From Patescibacteria group bacterium (GTDB taxonomy: Bacteria > Patescibacteriota > JABMPQ01): a stretch of DNA of 64,000 bases. Shown here one piece after another: positions 58,597 through 64,000 of the stretch. The stretch spans positions 68,533-132,532 of the forward strand of contig JBGTBM010000010.1 of assembly GCA_041749335.1 (NCBI GenBank). The letters run 5' to 3'. Each line of letters starts with the position of its first letter. Positions within the stretch are counted from its first letter, which is position 1. The notes beneath the pieces are model-generated. The model was not told where the DNA came from and ran no database searches. It saw only the letters and a program-made list of their open reading frames with translations. The translations under genes and the position numbers were made by a program.

Positions 58597-59804
58597 TAAA
58601 TAATCTTATTTTCTTTTATTTTAACTTTTTTAATAGTATTTGTCAATTTTATTGATTTTTCACCTTTTACTCTAATATAGTTCCCGGCATATCCTAATAT
58701 TTTTCCTTTATTATTTTCATTCTCATACAGCACCTGATATATGCGCCCGATATTATTGTTCAAAAATTTTTTTCTATTGATATCGGCAATCTTTAATAAT
58801 ATTTTTGCTCTTTTGCGTTTTAAGGCCGGATTTATTTGTTTAGACATTTTTGCGGCCTTAGTCCCCTTTCTTTTTGAATATTGAAATAAATGTACTTTAA
58901 GGAAATTAATATTTTCAATAAATTTGCACGTTTGAATAAATTCGTTTTCACTCTCACCGGGAAATCCGACAATAATATCAGTGGTTATTCCAAAATTGGC
59001 ATCAAGTCTTTTTAATTTTTCAATTATTTGATAATACCCTCTTGTCGTATATCTTCTGCCCATTTTTTTAAGTATTGAATCGCTACCGCTCTGCAACGAA
59101 AGATGTAAGTGATTGCATAATCTCGGATTTTTAAAAATATTTAAAATTTTATCGTTAATATCTTCGGGATTTATTGAGCTTAATCTAATCCTGGGAATGT
59201 TCGTCTTAGCAAGTATAATTTTTATTAGATCGGCTAGGTTTTTGTCCTGATCACAATATTTACCGATATTTATTCCCGATAAAATAATTTCATTGCATCC
59301 GCTTAACTGTTTTCCATTTATTTCTTTAAGAATATTTTTAATCGAAATGCTTCGCGGCATCCCCCGTAAATAAGGTACGATACAATAAGTGCAAAAGTTA
59401 TCACAACCTTCCTGAATTTTAATATTTGCCCTCACGCGGCTTTTTATATCCGAGAGCTTACTAAAATCCTCCTTATTAGCTTTAATTTTATCTTTAAATT
59501 TATTTGTAATTATCTGGACAATATTATTTTTATTGGGTGCTAAAAAATCCACTTCGGGCAGCTTAATCTTGGAACATCCGCATACAACTAAATAAATCCG
59601 AGGGTTTATCCGTTTAACGCTACGAGCTGAATTGCGCGATCTTCTATCCGCCTTGTGGGTTACACTGCAAGTATTAATGATGCCGATTTCAGCTTCTTCA
59701 ATTTTATCTGTATAAATAAATCCGGAGGCAATCATGCCATTTTTTAGTTGATCGCTTTCCGCTTGATTAAGCCTACATCCTAATGTTAAAATTGTAAATT
59801 TCAT
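58593..59804 (-). CDS. mtaB: tRNA t6A37 methylthiotransferase
   Basis: TLGCRLNQAES, INTCSVT..AD, KIQEGCDNFCTYC, HLSLQSGS, DIIVGFPGE. Confidence 0.92.
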   Translation of the reverse strand: MKFTILTLGCRLNQAESDQLKNGMIASGFIYTDKIEEAEIGIINTCSVTHKADRRSRNSARSVKRINPRIYLVVCGCSKIKLPEVDFLAPNKNNIVQIITNKFKDKIKANKEDFSKLSDIKSRVRANIKIQEGCDNFCTYCIVPYLRGMPRSISIKNILKEINGKQLSGCNEIILSGINIGKYCDQDKNLADLIKIILAKTNIPRIRLSSINPEDINDKILNIFKNPRLCNHLHLSLQSGSDSILKKMGRRYTTRGYYQIIEKLKRLDANFGITTDIIVGFPGESENEFIQTCKFIENINFLKVHLFQYSKRKGTKAAKMSKQINPALKRKRAKILLKIADINRKKFLNNNIGRIYQVLYENENNKGKILGYAGNYIRVKGEKSIKLTNTIKKVKIKENKIIY

Positions 59805-59872
59805 AATTTTATTTATATCATTTTTAATAAAAAAGCCCTTACATTTAGGCTTTTTTATAAACTATAAATAAA

Positions 59873-60439
59873 CTATTTTTTCTTCTTTTTGGGAGTAATT
59901 TTTTTCTTACTAGATTTTTCTTTTGATGTTTTTTTATCCTTAAGTTTCTTAATTGGAGGTTTTTTAGCTAATTTAGATTTATCCACCGCTTCAACTTTTA
60001 CTTTAGGCGCCATGGTGAGTAATAATTTTAAAATTTGATCAAGCTTTTCGCTTAATTTATTTAATTGATTACTTGATTGAACCTCGCCGCCGCTTTTATT
60101 TTCCTTGCTGGATTGTTTACCAAAACAGTTATCACAATATACCGGCTTGCCGCTGGTGGGCTTAAAGGGAACTTCACATCTTTTACCACATTCATCACAT
60201 ACTGCTTCATACCTGGATTTTCTTTTGAAATTTCCTCTATCAAAATCTCCCCGGCTTGATTGTTTTCTGTCATCCTTGTGAAATTTAAAACATCGGTCGC
60301 AATATATTGGTTTATCGCCACTGGGTTTAAAAGGCACTTCACATCTTTTACCGCATTCAGCGCACACCGCTTGATGCATTTCTGATCGATTATCTCTTCT
60401 GTCACTGTTAAATTTTCTATCTCGATTAAATCTGCCCAT
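59873..60439 (-). CDS. CxxC-x17-CxxC domain protein, two tandem domains
   Basis: AVCAECGKRCEVPFKP...IYCDRCF and AVCDECGKRCEVPFKP...VYCDNCF; Lys-rich tail. Confidence 0.92.
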   Translation of the reverse strand: MGRFNRDRKFNSDRRDNRSEMHQAVCAECGKRCEVPFKPSGDKPIYCDRCFKFHKDDRKQSSRGDFDRGNFKRKSRYEAVCDECGKRCEVPFKPTSGKPVYCDNCFGKQSSKENKSGGEVQSSNQLNKLSEKLDQILKLLLTMAPKVKVEAVDKSKLAKKPPIKKLKDKKTSKEKSSKKKITPKKKKK

Positions 60440-60621
60440 TTTTTTATTATTAATTATTTCAATAGATTTAAGTATAATCTAACACTTGATAAATAGCAAA
60501 CCACTCACCTAATTTGATTCTTAAAATTTTTATCTTATTTTTTTAAAAACCCCGCCTTTTACGAGGTTAATAATTATTTATGATGATTGCTAAATAACGT
60601 TGGAACTTGTTTTAAGTTTAT

Positions 60622-61158
60622 TTACTCTTTAAAATTATATTCTTCACTTACCTTCTTCCAAAAACCAACCGGCCCTACCCAAGAATTTATAAATGTTGTT
60701 AATATTGGATTAAATACTTTTTTACCACTTATCTCTTCTTTTTTAAATTTTAATTTTTCACATAAAATGGATAATATTCCCAAACTATCAAATGGGTTTG
60801 CTCCTGCTTTAATATCGTCATTAAATATTTTTTCATAAACTAAAATTTCTTTTACTAATAAATCTTTATCAAAGTCTAATATTTTCGAAAAAGTATCAAT
60901 ACTCATGTTTTTTAATTCATCTGCTAGCACTTCTTTAAATATATTTTTTAAAACTTGCAATTCTAAAAATAATCTAAAGATAGTAAAATTTATAATTTCT
61001 TCTTCATTAATTATTTCGGGCATACTTTCAGACAATATATTTTTAAATTTTTTACTCTTTAATATTGAAAACATTTTATTAAAAGACTCTTTACTTCCGT
61101 CAATAATAATTCTTGTTATAGAATCAACTGCATTAATTTTTGATATTCTTTTTTTCAT
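60622..61158 (-). CDS. hypothetical protein
   Basis: 178 aa AT-rich ORF without a recognisable motif. Confidence 0.6.
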   Translation of the reverse strand: MKKRISKINAVDSITRIIIDGSKESFNKMFSILKSKKFKNILSESMPEIINEEEIINFTIFRLFLELQVLKNIFKEVLADELKNMSIDTFSKILDFDKDLLVKEILVYEKIFNDDIKAGANPFDSLGILSILCEKLKFKKEEISGKKVFNPILTTFINSWVGPVGFWKKVSEEYNFKE

Positions 61159-61353
61159 TATATTTAAAATTATTTAGAATAAAATTTATTTAACATTTCT
61201 ATTATATCAAAAAAAGATTATTTTTGCTCTTTTTGTGTAAATATTAAAGAAGGTAGAGCCTATTTTTTATTTATAACTAACCCACCATACAACTCACTAT
61301 TTGTTTTTAAAACATAACCTGCAAACATATTTTCAAATAAAAAATGGGACGTA

Positions 61354-61385
61354 CCCCATACCACTCCCTTCACTCTGGTACGGGG
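61354..61385. repeat. GC-rich palindrome CCCCATACCA-N12-TGGTACGGGG
   Basis: 10-bp inverted repeat (one G-U on the minus strand) in very AT-rich intergenic DNA, with no T tract on either side. Confidence 0.6.
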
Positions 61386-61425
61386 CGAGGTGTGAATTAT
61401 TATTGTTCAATTATTTTAATATCAT

Positions 61426-61451
61426 AAAACGGAGCTTTAATGCTCCGTTTT
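61426..61451. terminator. bidirectional intrinsic terminator
   Basis: AAAACGGAGC-TTTAAT-GCTCCGTTTT perfect stem. Confidence 0.75.
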
Positions 61452-61533
61452 CTGTGGGGATTACTAGAGGAAGTTAGAACCTGTTTTGTGTAATTTTCTC
61501 AGCTACCCTACCACTCGACTCACTATTGTTTTT

Positions 61534-62028
61534 TCACATTCTATTATCCCACAATTTACCTTTTTTTCTTATAAATTCTCCATCTTTTCTAGTATAGAAT
61601 GACTCTTGAATAAATGATAAAAATTCATTGAGCTTAATTTCATTTGTCATATATCTTATATCTGGGTAAATGACAGTAAAATGAGGTTTATGCGGTTTAT
61701 CATTTTCTAATTTATCATAATAAAATCTGAATTTGTCCGGATCGCTTTCCTTATTATCATCGGTGCAAATTGTAATCAACTTATAATGACCCGAAATAAA
61801 CCTATAAGTATATGATTTAACTTGATTATCTTCAAACAGTTCCGCAATTGTTATATAACCTACTTTATCCTTTAGAATAATACCTTCATCTTCTGCTTTT
61901 ATATTAACGTGATAAGGGCAAAAAAATTTATTGTTCATCCGCTTTACCGGAATACTATTAATATTTTCTATAAATAAATGATTAAAATCACTTAAAATCC
62001 CTTTGATTTGAGCTTCTCTATTCGCCAT
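61534..62028 (-). CDS. hypothetical protein, possibly TumE/DUF6516-like toxin
   Basis: SYTYRF...FRFYYD...PHKPH pattern; overlaps the upstream gene. Confidence 0.5.
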   Translation of the reverse strand: MANREAQIKGILSDFNHLFIENINSIPVKRMNNKFFCPYHVNIKAEDEGIILKDKVGYITIAELFEDNQVKSYTYRFISGHYKLITICTDDNKESDPDKFRFYYDKLENDKPHKPHFTVIYPDIRYMTNEIKLNEFLSFIQESFYTRKDGEFIRKKGKLWDNRM

Positions 62029-62374
62029 ATTTATCTTTTCGAACTACATTTCTATACAAATTCATCCAAGTTATTATTTCAGGTGATGAAGAAACTTTTC
62101 CCTGCATCCATTTTTTATAATATGTATTAGATTGAGCTCCATATTTATCTTCAAAATCTTTTATTTTTTGAAATGCTAAATTATTTGAAATAATATCTTT
62201 ATAATAATAAAGAATATCATCAATTTTAGATTGATCTTCAAAATCAAAAGATGACCCATGATAATTATTTTTATTATCATTCTTATATAAGAATTCTTTT
62301 GGTTTTATATTAGAGAAGGAATTTTTATCATCTCCAAGGTTAAAATCATTAAGATATTGGGTTATTACTTCCAT
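62018..62374 (-). CDS. hypothetical protein, possibly TumA-like antitoxin
   Basis: C-terminal IKDFEDKYGAQSNTYYKKW..G......ITWMNLY resembles the FExKYGxxSxxFY...W...Y antitoxin motif. Confidence 0.55.
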   Translation of the reverse strand: MEVITQYLNDFNLGDDKNSFSNIKPKEFLYKNDNKNNYHGSSFDFEDQSKIDDILYYYKDIISNNLAFQKIKDFEDKYGAQSNTYYKKWMQGKVSSSPEIITWMNLYRNVVRKDKYGE

Positions 62375-62382
62375 AAAATATA

Positions 62383-63042
62383 TTAAATTAAATTATCTAA
62401 ATTATTCGCTAGGTTGTTATAAATTTCATCAAACTCTTTACGTAAATCTGCGATTTTTGGCAACTTTTTATTTGAAAAATGAGCATTCAAATCAACTGAG
62501 ATTGATTTTGTTGGTTCTAAGTTTTGATTGTTGCGAGGCTTTATTTTTAAATCATATCTTATATTATCCTCTTTATATATAATATCTATCCCTGCACTAA
62601 CAACATCCAATTCTTTAATTTTGTCTTTATTAATAAATTCTTTTGCAATAAACATACCACTATTTTTAGTTCCATTCTTTAGATCAAAAATCGAAAGAAT
62701 ATTAAAACCATAATCTTTAACATCATTTTCAGTAATTAAATTATTTATTTTATTTACTAAACTATAAAAATTACTTTTATCTCTTGACAAATAAGAAGAT
62801 ATACTATTATCAGCAATAATAATCCGATTTTGTTCCTTTATTATATTTATTGATACTTGATTATTTGGATCAAAAACTAATAGTAATTCTGGAAACTGAG
62901 TTACCACCGGTTTGCTATCACCATAAATCCCCTCTAAAATATCTTTGATACCATTTATATTTATATTATAAATATCAATATTTTGTTTGGGTATGATAAC
63001 CGCATTAATTTGTACAGTTTGTTGATTTTGAATTTTAGCCAT
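62383..63042 (-). CDS. hypothetical protein, TIGR04255-like
   Basis: Beta-rich 219 aa with YGFN and VDLNAH motifs; own TG-TATAAT promoter at about 63067-63075. Confidence 0.55.
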   Translation of the reverse strand: MAKIQNQQTVQINAVIIPKQNIDIYNININGIKDILEGIYGDSKPVVTQFPELLLVFDPNNQVSINIIKEQNRIIIADNSISSYLSRDKSNFYSLVNKINNLITENDVKDYGFNILSIFDLKNGTKNSGMFIAKEFINKDKIKELDVVSAGIDIIYKEDNIRYDLKIKPRNNQNLEPTKSISVDLNAHFSNKKLPKIADLRKEFDEIYNNLANNLDNLI

Positions 63043-63142
63043 ATTTATTAATTATTCATTTTATTAATTATACCAATATATAAATTATAAATATATATCA
63101 TTAAAACCTACTCTTTTATTACAAATTTGTAAATATTTTATT

Positions 63143-63202
63143 AAAAAACCGGATGCCTGATAGTCGTAAGGAGGTAACGACATCAGAACACCCAGTTTTT
63201 TT
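63143..63202 (-). ncRNA. putative hairpin small RNA with anti-Shine-Dalgarno loop
   Basis: ACTGGGTGTTCTGATGTCGT-TACCTCCTT-ACGACTATCAGGCATCCGGT plus T6; perfect extended -10 TGTTATAAT at 63203-63211. Confidence 0.6.
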
Positions 63203-63287
63203 ATTATAACAAATCGATAGTTAAAACAAATTCTTTACCTTTTTATTTAAGTCATGAAATTTATTGTTTAATATTGTTTAAAACACT

Positions 63288-63446
63288 TCATTGGTCTTGC
63301 TTAACAATACCTTTTCCGACAGCTTTAAATAATTCTACTAGCTTGCTACCTTTTTCTCTGGCTTCCTCTTGGGATATATCCTTGTTGAAATTCTTTTTGT
63401 AAAGCTTCCTAAATTCCTCTATTTGGTTTTCTGTAAGTAGTGTCAT
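63288..63446 (-). CDS. small helical protein (52 aa, not in the ORF track)
   Basis: MTLLTENQIEEFRKLYKKNFNKDISQEEAREKGSKLVELFKAVGKGIVKQDQ; resembles small proteins of CPR integrative elements. Confidence 0.7.
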   Translation of the reverse strand: MTLLTENQIEEFRKLYKKNFNKDISQEEAREKGSKLVELFKAVGKGIVKQDQ

Positions 63447-63463
63447 AAAATCACTTTTTAATT

Positions 63464-63616
63464 TCACTCGTCTTTTTTTTTATTTCTATTGTCTATTTGC
63501 AATAGTAAATCAAAAAATCCTACCAAATTATCACGAGCTTCTCGAGCTTCATCTTCAGATAATTTCTTTCCGCTCAGTTCGCTATAAAATTCTATATCAA
63601 TATCATCATCTACCAT
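63464..63616 (-). CDS. small helical protein (50 aa, not in the ORF track)
   Basis: MVDDDIDIEFYSELSGKKLSEDEAREARDNLVGFFDLLLQIDNRNKKKDE; resembles small proteins found beside serine recombinases. Confidence 0.7.
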   Translation of the reverse strand: MVDDDIDIEFYSELSGKKLSEDEAREARDNLVGFFDLLLQIDNRNKKKDE

Positions 63617-63624
63617 TATATATT

Positions 63625-63999
63625 TTATTTTAATTTTTTTAAATTATCTGAGATAATATCTTTTATTTTTCCAAAATTATAACCATTTCTAACATAATAT
63701 AATTTCATTTCATTTTTATCACATTTTGCTTTCTTTGTTTTATCTCTTAGCTGTTGTTTTTTATAATATTTTTCTCCACCAAAATAATCTACCGGCTCAA
63801 AATGTTGTTTCCCTTGATATTCAAATGCAATATTTAAAGCAGGAATACAAACATCCAAATGTTGCCTGCCCAGCCATTTAGGTGAATAATGATTAACTAC
63901 ATTATATTTATCACCAACATATTTTTTTATTTTATAATATAATTCTGTCTCAGATATCCAACCTTCTCCTACCTTAGGAAGATCTAAATCTTCTCTGAG
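63625..63999 (-). CDS. PD-(D/E)XK/Vsr-like nuclease domain protein (5' end outside the window)
   Basis: Frame is open to the window edge: ...GEGWISETELY...WLGRQHLDVCIPALNIAFEYQGKQHF...FGG...RD..K...C. Confidence 0.8.
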   Translation of the reverse strand, partial: LREDLDLPKVGEGWISETELYYKIKKYVGDKYNVVNHYSPKWLGRQHLDVCIPALNIAFEYQGKQHFEPVDYFGGEKYYKKQQLRDKTKKAKCDKNEMKLYYVRNGYNFGKIKDIISDNLKKLK

Positions 64000-64000
64000 C

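Noticed and set aside
60130-60375. Nucleotide direct repeat ACTTCACATCTTTTACC(A/G)CATTCA
   Set aside because: Explained by the two tandem CxxC-x17-CxxC protein domains.
63163-63181. Plus-strand reading of the hairpin as an SD for a peptide or a CsrA-binding GGA loop
   Set aside because: No start codon at SD distance, the outer stem has A-C mismatches on this strand, and the promoter points the other way; not fully excluded.

Overview
Low-GC bacterial chromosome segment with the gene repertoire of a Patescibacteria/CPR (Parcubacteria-like) organism; the taxonomy is inferred from gene families, not from a marker-gene search. It uses standard code 11 and almost all genes are on the minus strand. 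Left end (1-2.4 kb): type II restriction-modification locus (C5 methyltransferase, NgoFVII-like endonuclease, partial Vsr). 2.4-16.2 kb: accessory-rich stretch of small and secreted orphans, two duplicated cold-shock modules, typA, an HI0933 flavoprotein, rlmN and tRNA-Gln(UUG). 16.2-60.5 kb: housekeeping genes (cell wall, shape and division genes, serS, lysS, proS, alaS, greA, folD, frr, holB, the infA-rpsI ribosomal cluster, mnmA, mtaB, a TraD-like ATPase). From about 61.4 kb: probable edge of an integrated element with a toxin-antitoxin-like operon. The most interesting signals are non-coding. (1) A stand-alone GIY-YIG nuclease sits between a duplicated tRNA-Gln 5' half, whose anticodon loop is split by a 19-nt palindrome, and the intact tRNA. 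(2) There are three copies of an unannotated ~60-nt promoter-hairpin-U-tract RNA with a conserved fold and GUUGU loop, two of them just upstream of csp genes that also share a 72-nt conserved leader. (3) A similar stand-alone hairpin RNA displays an anti-Shine-Dalgarno sequence (ACCUCCUU) in its loop. No CRISPR array or rRNA was seen.
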